A stretch of DNA of 64,000 nt from Guillardia theta CCMP2712 (lineage: Eukaryota; Protista; Cryptophyta). The DNA lies in the NCBI RefSeq assembly GCF_000315625.1, contig NW_005434460.1, positions 5,217-69,216 of the forward strand, given 5' to 3'. The notes beneath the pieces are model-generated. The model did no database searches. It was not told the DNA's origin and worked only from the letters and a program-made list of their open reading frames with translations. The position numbers were made by a program, and so were the translations under genes. Below are positions 26,339 through 38,899 of this stretch, piece by piece. Every line of letters starts with the position of its first letter. Within the stretch, counting starts at the first letter, position 1.

Positions 26339-27380
26339 TCAGTGCGGCGGTGGTTGGCTGCTCGCCACGGCCTGTGAAGCACCCATGCTTTCAAGGCGAA
26401 TCGACTGAATCCCATACTGTCGCAAGCTCGCCGCCAGGTCTTGGGACGTGAGAACAAGCTGCAGGAGAGTTCAGGAGACAATGAGGTAAGAGGGGTGTCA
26501 GTGCAGTGAGGGAGGGGGGTAGTGCTGTGACGGAAGGGGAAGAGGTAGTGTCCAAGGGGATAAGGAGGTTAGCGGCGGGCGAGAACAGGAAGACCAGGGG
26601 GATGGAGGGGAAAGGCAGGGGAGGAGGAAGCAGGGGTATGATCTGACCCGCTGATCTTTCTTTGTCTTGTCCTTCGACATTCTCATCTTGCACTTGAGCA
26701 GCGTCAAAGGCCGTCAACCCCGTCCTCCTCCTCACAAACCTGCTGAAGAGCATCGTGCGCAACGTCTGCTATGAACTTCTGTGCTGCCACAGAGACCAAC
26801 TTTGTCCTGATGTCACAAAAGCAGGTAAGTCGTAAAACCCTACTTAGTCTCCCCCTCCTTCCTCCCCCTCCCCAGCCCCCCCCGTTTCCTGTCCCTGTTC
26901 CTTTCCTCGCCCCTAGTTCTCTTCCCCCCCTCGTTCTCGTTTCTCTCTCCTCAAGATCTTCGAACTTTACTTTCCCCCATCTTGCCAGCATCCTCGTCTT
27001 GAAAATCTTCCTCCTTCCTCCTTATCTACTCCACATCAACTGCACATTTCTTCCAACCATCCAACTTGCCCCCCCCCATCCTACTCACAGCCTCGGATCC
27101 TTGTTCGTGAACCCGACTTTCTTCAGGTAGAACTCAGTGACTGAGTCTGGGATCGTCGGGTGGAACTTGTCGAGGGTCAGGAGCAGCTGCTCGATCTCCT
27201 GGCGTTCTTGGGAGTCCTGCGAGAAGAGGGGAAGAGGAGGAGAGGAGGAGAGGAGGAGAGGAGGAGTGGAGGAGTGAAGTGAGCGATATCAGAGTTTGTA
27301 AGACAGGGGAAGAGAGGAGCAAACGATCTTAGAGCTTCACTTCAACTTACCTTCTGAGGTTCCGCTGGTTTATCTGACAT
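26339..27380 (-). CDS. TAF10: TFIID subunit 10
   Basis: Spliced minus-strand translation: MSDKPAEPQK|...EIEQLLLTLDKFHPTIPDSVTEFYLKKVGFTNKDPRL|TKLVSVAAQKFIADVAHDALQQ|CKMR...|LVLTSQDLAASLRQYGI, the TAF10 histone-fold signature. Confidence 0.9.
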
Positions 27381-27954
27381 TCCTGTAGCGCCAGCAATAG
27401 TGAATTTAGAAGATTTTCTCTTCTCTAATACTGCACTGATAGCAAGCATATTCTCTGTTCCATCCTCCCCTCCCAGAAGATGGCTGATCCGCGCAGCTTC
27501 TTTTTCAGTGGTTATCTGCATTTTTCGCTCCCTCCCATCATCTCTTCATCAACTCACTTCTCTACTTGTCGACACTGTATCCTTCCCTCTCGTTTCACCT
27601 TGTACTCCTATGGTTCATCAGCTGCTCCCTCCCTCTCCCCTCCCTCTCCCCTCCCTCCCCTCCCTCTCCCCTTCCTACCCTTCTCGACTCCCATTCCCTT
27701 CCGCTCCTCGTCTCAACTTGCTGCCCCCGATTTCACACTCTCCTGGACTAAATCCCGAATCGATCAAAGTTTCTGCCTTTCTCATCGAGGCGGACTTGGC
27801 AACTTGACCCGGCCGCCCGGCCGCCGGGTCCCGGCCCAGCCGGGGTGAAAGGTTGCAGGTGCATCAGTGATGGTTGGAAGTTGTATGCTACATGATTACA
27901 TTGGCCTCCCCCGGTATCGCTAAACTAGCCCCGATAAGTCCGATCCGATAGAAT

Positions 27955-30745
27955 TCAGGTCGCCATCCTTTGCTGTTGTGCCACTCCCATCCTCCTATTC
28001 ATCTTCGACTCCGGTTGATGCACAGGGACGTGCTTGAAGGACTCGGGGGTGGGAAACGACGTTCCCTCCCTCAGGCTTCGCTCCACAAGCGCTAGGTAGT
28101 GCTGTTGAGGCCCCACGATGCTTCCCGGACGGACGATGCGAAGCCATGAGATGCAGTCGCGTGCTGTCCAGCCATGCACCTCCATGATCCACAGAGAGAT
28201 CAGTGTCGCGCTCCTCCTGCCGCCGTTGGAGCAGTGGACAGCAACTGTCCCCTCCTCCTTGCACACATTCCAAAAGTCCTCCACGACCTTGACTGAGGGG
28301 ATGTACTCGTCCTCGAAGGGCAGGTGGACATGACGGATGCCCTCGTCCTCGAACTCGTTGGGATCGTACTTGAGCTTGTCCCCGAGCGCCACCACAACCG
28401 TCACGTCGAACCGCTTGAACAGGTTGCAGTAGTCCCGCACCACTAGCGTCTCGTGCGCCTCGTCCGGGGCCTTGAGGAGGAGAAACTTGTCGCAGGGCTG
28501 GTGGAGGAAGAAATTCTGCGGGTTGCCCAGCCAGATGTACTTGTGCACGTCAAAGTTTGCGTAGTGGAACCACCTGAGCTTGGTTGCCTTCACAAGCCCT
28601 CGCAGGCAGTCTAGCAGAGAGATGAAGTAAGAGGCGGGAAGCGAGGAGGAGTCTCTGTACATGACAAAGAGCCGGTTGCCCATGGCGGCGAAGGTGCGGG
28701 AAGTTCGTTCGGGGCTCCAGTCCTCGAACATCATGAGGTAGCAGCTGAGCAGGAAGATGGCGTTGGTGCGGAAGGGGACCTCTTTCTCTGCGTAGAAGAC
28801 CAGGTGACGGTCCAGCAGCCGTGGGTCTCCGAGCTTCGACTGCATGTACTCGCAGAAGTTGTAGATGGTCGCGAGGTCGACAGGTCCGACCTCTGTGCCC
28901 AGTTGCTGGTAGGACTCGTGCAGGGTGCTGGAGAAGTAGTAGTACTGGCGGTTCCTAATGATTTCCTGCCGTGTCTGACCCTCATTGAGGTGGACGGTGA
29001 AGGAAAGCCGGTGGGGGATCAGCTCGTAGATCTTTCCGTACTCGAAGTCGGAGGAAGCACGGTTAAAGGTGGACGCTGAGGAGGAGGCAGCGGCCGACCC
29101 TTTTCTACTCTCGCCCTTGTCCTCGCGATTGGCGGTGAATTTGAGCCTGCTGATGTTGGACTTTCTCTTCTCCGCACTCTGCATAAGCATCTTCATGACT
29201 CCATGGTTCCCCGTCAGGTTGTCTTGTATCGCATTGAGGAAGTCGACGGCACTGAGCATCCAGCAGTCGCACTTCTCCACCGCTACGACATCGCAGAACC
29301 TCAACGTGTTCGCGTCTGACTCGTCAGGCAATTTTCCCTTTTCGTCCATCAGCTTGCGGCAGGTTGTGATGAAGCTCATCTCCCCGAAGAAGTCGCCACT
29401 CTCCAGCACCTGCGCAATCCGCCCTTGCAGCACCGCCTTCGCTTCCCCATTCTCGATGAAGTAGAGGCTGTCGCCAAAGGTTCCTTTCCTGATGATTACC
29501 TCGTCCTTCTCAAACACGTGCAGTGTCATCTTCGAGAAGCACGCGTACTTGCTTCTTTCTGACATGCTCTCAAAAAGCTCGCAGCTTGCCTTGCTCCTGA
29601 CGTAACTTTGCATGATCCCAAAGTGAACCTGCGGGTTCTCTTTATGCTCAGCCTGCGAGTTGAGCATCGTCGCCTCGAGTACTTTTCCGGCTCTGATTTC
29701 ACTGTTGGCCCTCCGAAGCATTCGCTTGCGGTTGACAGAGCCGTCACCGTCATGCTTGTAACTATCAGTTTCGTTGATGCCATTCCCGTCCTCCGAACAC
29801 GGCGCCATCCTTGTTTCATGCTTCCCTTGCAGACTGCTGGGGTCGGATCGAATTTCAGTCGCAAACTTAAGGCTCCCAGGAACGCCGATGGCTCCCTCGG
29901 GCCCGTCAATCTTTCGCTTCTCTGCAGCTTCCCGCAAGTATCTGCCATTACGTGAGGGTAACAGACCTCTCCGAGGCTGGCGCACCTGACCACGGCGTTG
30001 AGACCAGGAGGATCATCGCGCAGGATCGCAAGGAAGTCCTTCACCGTGAGCTCAAGGCACCTGCACGGCTCGACTGCTTGGATCGTGGCATACCGCTGCA
30101 CTTTCATGGCGTGCTTCATCATCATTTCGCTGTCCATTCGCGATTGGCTCTCCTCGATGAAGATTTCGATACTCGCTATGAAGCAAAACTCGCCGAAGAA
30201 ATCACCTGCGTTCAGCTTCGCTTTGACCTTACCATTCTTAAACACCGTCGCTTCTCCGACATCCAAGAAATACTGCGAAAGAATCAGCCACTCGCGTCGA
30301 CCCGTCGCAAGCAGACCATAGACGTGCCGATGGTTGCCTCCTCGATGATGACCTCTCCCTTCTGGAAGCTCTTCACCTTCATACGGGAGATGCACTCGTC
30401 GCGACATCGGGCAGACATGGAGTCGAGGAGCTGGGAGGTAGCTTTGCTGCATACCTCCTCGCTTTGGAAGCAGAGGGAAGGAGAGATTTGCGGGCAAGAG
30501 ATGAGCCTCGATCGGCTTCGAGCACTAGGCGACAGCGATCTCGGCCTGTTGTCATGGTGGTCATGAGAGGTGGGCGTAGTTCCTGAGCTTTGAGTCCTAT
30601 AGTCTTGACCCCAGTGCATCTTGATAGAGAGCGAGGGGATCAAGCAGATCAATCCAGCAGCTTTCACTTGCCAACTTGTCCACTCGATCTGGTTCCCAGC
30701 GTAGACAGCGTCATCGCAAACCTGCGAAGGTGCGGAGATAAGCAA
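27955..30745 (-). CDS. Tandem cyclic-nucleotide-binding domains fused to a Cdc14-family dual-specificity phosphatase
   Basis: Two cNMP domains (GEVII...YFLDVGEA...GDFFGEF...RYATIQA; DEVIIRKGTFGDSLYFIENG...GDFFGEM). Cdc14 A-domain GPVDL...RTNAIFLLSCY...YRDSS...ISLLDCLRG. Catalytic AVHCSNGGRRS (CX5R), then WLRIVRPGSIVGPQQHYL. Start not resolved. Confidence 0.85.
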
Positions 30746-32473
30746 GATTAAAAGCTAGATTGCACGAAAGGCATTGAGTTAATCTGAATATCATTCCACC
30801 TATTCTAATCTATCCTTTGATACGGGGAGAAACGAGGAGGAAGGGAAAGATGTACGTGGAGGCATGAACGCCTTGGCGGGGACAGAAGTGTATCGTTCCA
30901 GACTACACCTTCAATCTATCTATCGCACCATTATTCCTTCTTCAGCCAAAATCTCTGTAAAATCTGAATCGTAAACCCCATGGTGCTCAACATGTCTTGC
31001 CTGGCTTGCCATATCTCCCATACCCACTCTCTCCGTCCCTCTCCTGTTGTCTTCTCTTTCCTGTTCTCACTTCCTTCCTCTTCATCTCTTTCTTAATAAT
31101 TTGTCTCTTGTTGTTCCTCTCCTGCATTTTTCATCGCTTCTCCTCCCCATCTTCGCTCACATCGCTCCTCCATCTTCTGCATGTTGAGAACGAACCAAAC
31201 CAAAGGCGATATGAAATCAAGATCCTCGAAGGGTGGGGTAGTCGATATTGAACCAGGGGGTACTGAATTCCAACAGGGCAAGGGGGTAGGGTACTTTTGA
31301 AAGGAGTATATCCTTTTAATGGGGGTGGAATACAGTCAAAACTCCATAGTCCCTGGGGGTACAATCATTGAGGGGTACTCGATATTAGTGGGTAGGGTCA
31401 GAGTTCAGAGTGTGTGTAAATGGGTGGGGTTATTCAACGCGTCCGAAGTTGGGTGGGGTCAATAAAACCAGGTTCATTTATACCACCCCATCCACTTGAT
31501 GTAAATTGAGTACCCCCTCTTTAATTATCTATAACAGGGGTACAATAGAAGGATATCCCTCCATGAGTAGGTAGGGTCATGAAACACACCGGTCCTCGAC
31601 AGTGACCAATTTACTTAACATATCACTCAACTATATTGACTATTGTATTTCTTTACTATCTCATGGGGATCAAAACTTCGTCAAGAACCGAAAAGAACTC
31701 TTTTCAATATGTGCACTTTAGGGGATTTGGCACCCTCATCCCCCCACTGCTCCGCTCTTATTGAATCCTGCATTGATGCAGCATTGATGCCAGTGCTGGC
31801 ATTCATGTGAATCCCCTTGCCAGCCCGCTCAGCAGACCCAGCAGCAGATCCAGCAGCAGACCCAGCAGCAGACCCAGCAGCAGATCCAGCAGCAGTTGCT
31901 AGCCCAGTTTCAGCCAAGTTCTGCCCAGTTCCCTCTTGCTCTTGCTCTTGCTCTTGCTCTTGCTCCTGCACTGATCAGTTGATTCCTGCTGTTCTGCCTG
32001 CTTATGCAGACCCTGTTCCTGACCTCTTTTCCGTCCTGCCCTGTGCTCTCATTACCTGTCTCGCTGTCCTCTCCTACAAGGCTGCCAACTAATCCTGCAT
32101 GCAGTCCTCTAGCCTCTCAGTGCTCTTGCACTGCCTTCGGGAGTGTCAGGTGGTCTGAAAGATCCTCTCGCTCGTTGTCTAGCTTCTGCCTTTTCACCTA
32201 GCTCCTCTCGCTCGTTGTCTAGCTTCTGCCTCTTCACCTAGCTTGCTCTAGCGCAGCCTGCGGTACTCCTGCTTTCCTGTCTGCTCACAGTCCTCCTCAT
32301 CTGAGCCCTCTTCTTCCTCTTCTTCCTCCTGCAATCACTTTCACCCTCAAGAGCATCAAGCCTGCCGTGCGACTCCCACTCTACACTCCTGTCCTGTTAG
32401 CTTCCAGTGCCTCACTCCTGCTTCAGCCTCGTCCTGAGAAACACACGCAATTTCACCAGCTGAGCAAAGCAAC

Positions 32474-34154
32474 ATGAGGGGCTCGATGAAGCTTTTGCTT
32501 CTCAGCGTTGTCCTGGTAGCATGCCCCGTTGAAAGTTGGCTCGGCAGAGGAGAGGCGTCGACCATGTTCGTTCCACACTTCGCGCTCAAGAGCCCGGGAA
32601 GCAAGCGAGTGCGACATTGCTCGCGGTATCCAGGAGTTTCGAATCGTGCAGCTTGCATATGCATGAAGGAGCGGATCCTGATAGTTGGTGGAACAGGTAA
32701 GTGTGCTTGCCCCCTCTTGATCTCATTGGGCACTGAGTGATGGAGGGCAGGAAGGATAGGGACGGCTGTGGCGTCTCACCTCATCAAGAGAGCTCAAGGC
32801 AGTCAGACAGACATCGTCCTCGCTGGTAGAGACTCGAGGAAAGGAGAGGCTGCGGTGCGTGAGGTAATGGCGGACATTGGCCGGAGTGAAACTTTTGAAC
32901 CTTGCGTCTCCTTCCAACGGCTGGACTGGCGCGACGAGATCGAACTGAACAACGTGATGCAACGCGGCTGGACGTCTGTCATCAACACGGCTGGTTGTTC
33001 TTCCTGATACCTTCGAAATCCTCATGATTTGCCTCTAGGGCCCTTTCTTGGGATCCGCCCGAGCATCCTGCAAGCTGCGATCAAGCATAAGATCCCCTCC
33101 TACGTCGATGTTGCCGATCCCACGAGCTACCTTGCGGACGCTCTTGCGCTAGATGATGCGGCTCGTTCAGCTGGCACCTGCGCGGTAGTTGCAGGAGGTG
33201 CGTTTCCTGGTCTGTCAAACTTGATTGCAATGGAAGCTGTGGAGCAGCTGCAGCTGGAAGAGAGTGGAGGACGAGTGCAGGACCTGAACTTCGACTACTT
33301 CACCGCAGGGCTGGGAGGGAGCGGAGAGGTCAATCTTTTGATCACCAACCTTGGCTTTGGAGAGGAGGTCGAGGTCTTTCAGCAAGGCGTTCTCAGCCCC
33401 ATTCTCAGAGCTGGGTTGGACCAGAAGCAGGTAGACTTCTTCTTTGACGAGGAGGACGCGAGCAAGGCCAAGATTGGGACGGTGAACACTTGGTTGTGGC
33501 CCTTCCCCGAGGGGAGGACTGTAGCCGAACAGGTGGAGGTAGCAGGAGGCTCGCGGGTAGCGATGGGAACCGCCCCTGATATATGGAATGTTGTGATGAA
33601 CCTGCTGGTCCGCCTAATCCCCCGATCTTGGTGGAAGCAGGAGAATTTCTCGCAAGCCCTTGCGACCTTCTCGAAGCCCCTCGTTGCCTTCACGGACATG
33701 TTCGTCGGAGAGACTCACGGGATCAGGGTCGAGGTATTTGCATGCATTTCAATCCTTCACTTGTTTTCAGGAGTTACAACTAGAGAAGCGGAATTTGATT
33801 CTAAATGTTTAACAGGCGACGAGCACAAGCGGGAAGACAATCGTCTGCATTCAAGCGCACGAGAGTTTTCGAACGTGTGTGGTAAGTGAACGTCAGGAGC
33901 TGAGGAGTCCAGCTGACACTCAGCAGGGTCAATCATGCGCTGAGTTTCTTCTGCACCTCAACAGGAGGAGGAGGGAGGACCCGCAGCATCAAGACGGAGT
34001 GTGAGAGCTTTCGAGCTTCCGCGTTACCTTGTTGACCGCTCGCAGGTTTCTCCCCGAGCGATTGTGCCAGAGCTCGCAGGAGCGAAAGAGCTTGCTGAAG
34101 GCGATGACGTCGACGCCGGGAACTTTGACGTACCGTTACAAACAGACGGCCTGA
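32474..34154 (+). CDS. Saccharopine-dehydrogenase-like oxidoreductase, probably plastid-targeted
   Basis: Signal peptide followed by STMF and a basic transit-like stretch. Rossmann ILIVGGTG|RIG, VINTAG|PF, YVDVAD, GAFPGLSNL, YFTAGLGGSG. Stop TGA at 34152-34154. Confidence 0.85.
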
Positions 34155-34159
34155 CCTCC

Positions 34160-35884
34160 CTAGCCTGCCTGCCTGCTCGCGCACGTGGGGAACGCGAGGC
34201 CCTGCAGCTCCACGTCATCGCCATGAGCAGCCGCACAGTCCGGTAGCCAGTGAGCGAATTTCTCGGAGTTGGCGAGGACGTAGCGAGGAAGACCATAGCA
34301 GGATGGATTGAGGTTGAGACCCCCGTGCCTCTCGTCCTTCTTCCTGTTCCCCATCCTGTCAGAGTTGAAGTAGTCAAGGCCGCTGTTGATCGCCTCCTCG
34401 ATCCTCTCAGCGTCGAGCCACTCGGCCGTGTTGAGCTCCTGGTGCGTAAAGGCCTTCACTTTCTCCATCACTCCGCTCACATTCGAGAAGAAGCTGCAGT
34501 GCCATGCACCGCTCTCGATCGCCGTGTGCTCCCTCCCCATCCTCCCCATCCTCACCTGCTGCAGACTCACCCCCTTTCCGTCCCCGAAGTCCACTTGTGC
34601 AGCCCGAACGACCTGAGGATGCTTCCACTGGCCCTGGAACTCCCACTGGAACTTGAAGTTGAAGAAGCGCGAGTACAGCCATGCAGGGCTGGAGGGCCCG
34701 TCGCATCTCCTCAGGAGGTCGAGCACGTAGGGGACGGGGATCTCGTCGACATCGGCGATGACGATCAGGTCGGTAGGATGGATGCCGTGCATCCCTCGCG
34801 TCATGGCGTTCCTCTGGAAGTTCTCCAGCACCCATGGGTCCTTGTCGTTGGGAAGGTCGTCAACGATGACGTGGCGAATCTTGTGGAGGAACTGGCGGTA
34901 CCTGTGCTTGTTCTCCTGGAAGAAGAGTTTCTTGGGCATGTTCGAGTGAGTCCTTGTGGCCTCAACAAGCACAAACATGTGCACAACATCGTTCAGCTCG
35001 TTGAGCCGCACCTCCAGCATGTCTAGCTCGTTGAAGAGCTGGAAGGCATCCCATATTCTGCGGGTTCGCTGTCTCTCACGCCATCCGACGTCCTCGCAGC
35101 TGTCGCTAGGGTCCAGCTGCTTCCATTCCACCTGCTCGTTGACAAGGAGCCACCCATCGACGACCTCCGCACGGGCAAGTTCCTCCTGGCTGAGGAAGGG
35201 GTTGTACTTCTCTACATCCTCAAGCTCCCAACTCTCAGGATCTCCGTACTCTCCTCCTCCGCTCTCAAGCCTGACCATCAACCTGGGTCCTTCTGCTGTC
35301 ACCTGTCCCTCCTCATCAACGACATCCAGTGTGAGCAAGTGCTCCTCCTGCGACAACTCGGGGATTTGCACCATGAAGACCATGTTCCCGTCATGTTCAT
35401 GAGCAAAGTAATCCACCAGCAGACCGTCGACGCCCAGCACTGATCGGCATGGCTCCCTCGCTCCAAACTCTATGATGAGCGACCCAGAGATGGCAGAAGC
35501 ATTGGCGGGAGAGATCCAGAAGAGAGGAGAGGACAAGGGTTGTGCCGCGATTTCATGCTGTCCGCTGCAAGGACAGATGCGCAGCAAGAGCACGGCAACG
35601 ATTGAGATCAAAGACGAGAAGGATAAGTCGAAGAGAAATGAGAGAAAGGAGGAGGAGCGGTAGGAGGAGCGGGAGCGGGAGGGGGAGGGGGAGCGGGAGG
35701 GGGAGCGGGAGGGGGAGCGGGAGGGAGAGGAGCGAAAGCGAGAGAAGGTGAAGTGCGAGGAGCAGGAGTGTGATGAGGGTAAGTGGAAGGACAGGGAGGA
35801 GGAGAGGTGGCGAGAGGGAGGGGGGCGGGAGGAGGAGGGGGGAGGCGAGGAAGAAGCAGGCGCCGTAACGACTTCAGACGCCAT
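34160..35884 (-). CDS. GT17 family glycosyltransferase (MGAT3/GnT-III-like)
   Basis: IWDAFQLFNELDMLEVRLNEL...FVLVEATRTHS...ENFQRN...IADVDEIP...AWHCSFF...KVKAFTHQE; N-terminal TM. Confidence 0.9.
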   Translation of the reverse strand: MASEVVTAPASSSPPPSSSRPPPSRHLSSSLSFHLPSSHSCSSHFTFSRFRSSPSRSPSRSPSRSPSPSRSRSSYRSSSFLSFLFDLSFSSLISIVAVLLLRICPCSGQHEIAAQPLSSPLFWISPANASAISGSLIIEFGAREPCRSVLGVDGLLVDYFAHEHDGNMVFMVQIPELSQEEHLLTLDVVDEEGQVTAEGPRLMVRLESGGGEYGDPESWELEDVEKYNPFLSQEELARAEVVDGWLLVNEQVEWKQLDPSDSCEDVGWRERQRTRRIWDAFQLFNELDMLEVRLNELNDVVHMFVLVEATRTHSNMPKKLFFQENKHRYRQFLHKIRHVIVDDLPNDKDPWVLENFQRNAMTRGMHGIHPTDLIVIADVDEIPVPYVLDLLRRCDGPSSPAWLYSRFFNFKFQWEFQGQWKHPQVVRAAQVDFGDGKGVSLQQVRMGRMGREHTAIESGAWHCSFFSNVSGVMEKVKAFTHQELNTAEWLDAERIEEAINSGLDYFNSDRMGNRKKDERHGGLNLNPSCYGLPRYVLANSEKFAHWLPDCAAAHGDDVELQGLAFPTCASRQAG

Positions 35885-36047
35885 GCTGCCTCATACAGCC
35901 CGCCTCAGTCGCCCGTCTTATCTACACCGGTTGATGACACCCCCGGCCTTTTCGATCCTAATTGGTACTGGGGTACCAATGGTCCCCTGCCCCTTCCACA
36001 ATTCTTCTTCCTTGCCTTCCCCCCCCCCTCCCCCCCCTCCCTACCTT

Positions 36048-36147
36048 NNNNNNNNNNNNNNNNNNNNNNNNNNNNNNNNNNNNNNNNNNNNNNNNNNNNN
36101 NNNNNNNNNNNNNNNNNNNNNNNNNNNNNNNNNNNNNNNNNNNNNNN
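36048..36147. other. Assembly gap (100 N)
   Basis: Run of n within a pyrimidine tract. Confidence 0.99.
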
Positions 36148-36375
36148 GCCCTCCCCTCCGCCTCCCTCCCTCCTTCCCGCCTCCTTCCCGCCTCCCTGCC
36201 TCCCTGCCTCCCTGCCTCCCTGCCTCCCTGCCTCCCTCCTCCTCCTTGCCTCCCTGCCTCCCCCTTCTCCTTGCCTCCTCCTCCTCCTTCTCCTCCCTCC
36301 TTCCTCATCCTCTGACAAGCCTGCATATTGCCCTCCTCCTCCCTCAAGTCGTGCTCATGGAGTATATCTGATAGT

Positions 36376-38304
36376 TCACGTCCTCATGCGGTATATTACT
36401 TTGTTCTTACCCTCGAATGGCAGCGTTTCCACTCGAATGTCCTCCGCCATGCTCGAGAGAAACTCCACGAGGCTTTCGTAGTCGCGGACCTGACGGCCAT
36501 CGCCGAGCCTGCGCGACCGAAACTGAGAGCTTGAGGTTCAGTGCACGGGTGAGAAGCAGTTAGACGCAGACCTGCGGTTGGTTGGAATACAAACAGCACG
36601 GGATGCAAGCAAAGGGTTTGTTGTTTGCTAGTGCAAACTCAATGATGGCCTGACATGTCTGTCTCACGTGGTAACAGAAAATATCTGATCGCACCTGTGC
36701 AGCCTGATCGGGATGCATGCCGACGACAACAGAGGAGTTCAACACCTTCAACATGTCAGATAGCGTTTCACTCCACGACATGCCATACAATCTCTCGAGC
36801 TGTCGCCAACTCTGTGATTTCGCTTTCACTGTACTCGTTCTCCATGCTCGCTTCCATCTCTGAAGCATCGAGCTCCTCCTCTTCCTCCTCCTGTTCGTCT
36901 TCGTGAAGGCCCTTTCGTGTCCACTTCAAGGACAAAGATCGGTCTCGAGCTGCTCGGAACGCGTCTTCGCTCCGGAGGGCGCAAGGGCACGCGGCCACCT
37001 CCCGTACTTTGCCCCCCTCCCCGGCTCCAAGCGTGTCCCGTTCCCCTCGGTTATCCCCCCAGGTCTCGAAGTGGATCCGGAGGTGCGCAGGGACGCGGAA
37101 GGGATCGAGTTGCCCGACGCCCCTGTTGTATCGATTGTGCACACTGAGACACGTTGATCAGCGACTGCACGACGAGACCTGAAGTTTGCCTGTTGCGATG
37201 ATACAAGCCCATGCGGAGACGCTTGACGAAGAGATGCAGTTGGAGAGGTCGAGGATCGACCACAGTCGAAGGGATGCTTGACAGGTTCAGCAGCTCAAAC
37301 GACAGCTCTCCCTTTCCTCCTGCGAAACTTGAGCGGTTTCAAGACTCTCTTCCACTTACCTGCCACGTCCAGGACTCCAGACCCTGATGTCAACGTGTCC
37401 AGTCCGAACTTGTCTTCTAGCCATCTCCTGAACACTCCAACTCGAAATTCGTTCTTGACCTTCACAGTGATCACAACGCCAGACAACATAGTCAAGCCCT
37501 CCAACATCAAAAACATTGCATCTCACCTTCTTTCTGCTCAAGTGAGCGAAAGAAAGTTTTACGGATTCAAACCCTGCTCTCAGTGTGGTGACTTTCACAC
37601 CGGAGCACATTCACATCGGAGAGGCCACCTTCAACTCGGCCTTGACTGAAAGCCTCCATTGCATCTTGTGCATCGGCATAGTTGAAAAACTTCACCACAC
37701 ACCATTTCTTCTCAGAATTCTTCATCTCTTTGAACTGATAAGTGTCATGTTGCTTCATAACATGCAGATGAGTTTGACCTCGACGTCTTGAGCGATTTCT
37801 CCGTACTTTCCTAGAGCATTCACCAGTTCATCTTTGTCCGCGTTTGATGGTATATTCCGTGCATGCAGAACAACTGGTTTCCCCTGTTCCGATATTGTCT
37901 GCCAAGACCTGCGCTCCTCAAAAGAATGTGCTCCCTGGTTCTTTTCAGTCGAGGGAGGGTGGGAAAACAAGCATTCACTGAAATCCAGTGATCAATATCA
38001 GGGGATGGTGCAAGTGACTTCACCTGCCGAAGATACAGACTCCACGTTGAAGCCAATGTTTGCAGACAGGAATCCGGACGCCTTGCAAGCTTGAGGCGTC
38101 TGAGCCGCATGCCCTATGAATCCAGAACATGCTTTTCCGCCGCGCGGGAATCTTTTCCTGCTCTTGTCTTTCCTTCAGAGGACCATGCCCGAGGGCATCA
38201 AGCGGCATTCTCTGATCTGCAGTCTGTTCGAGGGGGATGATAATCTCTCCAGCATGGATCGCTCCCCCGCACAGCGCGCAGGTCCCTCCCTTCCTCGCCT
38301 CCAT
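36376..38304 (-). CDS. CCCH zinc finger + RRM + SAM-methyltransferase-like protein
   Basis: CALC...H..C, then CKHWLQRGVCIFG...FSH (CCCH). RRM LHARNIPSNADKDELVNALGKYGEI...WCVVKFFNYADAQDAM. Then GSGVLDVAG, VDPR, VVGMHPDQA, IPCC and LPFEGKNKVIY. Confidence 0.7.
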
Positions 38305-38899
38305 TTTCTTGTAACCTGAGGGCGGCCGGGGCCCGCCCCTCCCCCTCCCGGAGCCTGCACGGTCCCGTCACTGAGAGTCTTTACTCAAAGTTAAGTCACT
38401 GAGTAGTTCGGTGACCGGGGTGGCAGTGACCGTACTGGGCCATGAGGTTGGTCGATGCGACTCTCAAGCAAACTTTCCATGGAATCATTGTCGGCGGCGT
38501 GAGTGAGAGTTCAGCTTTACATTTCAGTTTATTCATTTCAACTTGTTTACGGTGCGCGTCTTTGCCAAGCCGCGCTTCTATTTCCCTAGAAGAAAGTTGT
38601 AGTTTTCGCTGAGGGTGGGGCCGTAAGCAAAAGAAAAAAGCAAGATGATCAATTCCACCTGCCCATGAAGCGAGGAACATAGTAAGGCTTGCCCACGCGA
38701 TCACAACTGTTGCGAGAGAAACTGAAAGGACCGACCAGAGGTGTGCACTTGCCCAACTGGTTGGCGGCGGAAAGTTCAGCTATCCTAGCACGTCGCAGCA
38801 ATCACCAAACCTCAGCGTTCATTATCCTCTGTTTCCTTTTCCGTCTCTCTTCGAGATCGACAGAATGCAATCTGTCAAATGTCCAAACCTTGAGCAGAG

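Noticed and set aside
31681-32350. Short ORF with 12-bp and 40-bp repeats as a mobile element
   Set aside because: No terminal repeats, TSD or recognisable domain.
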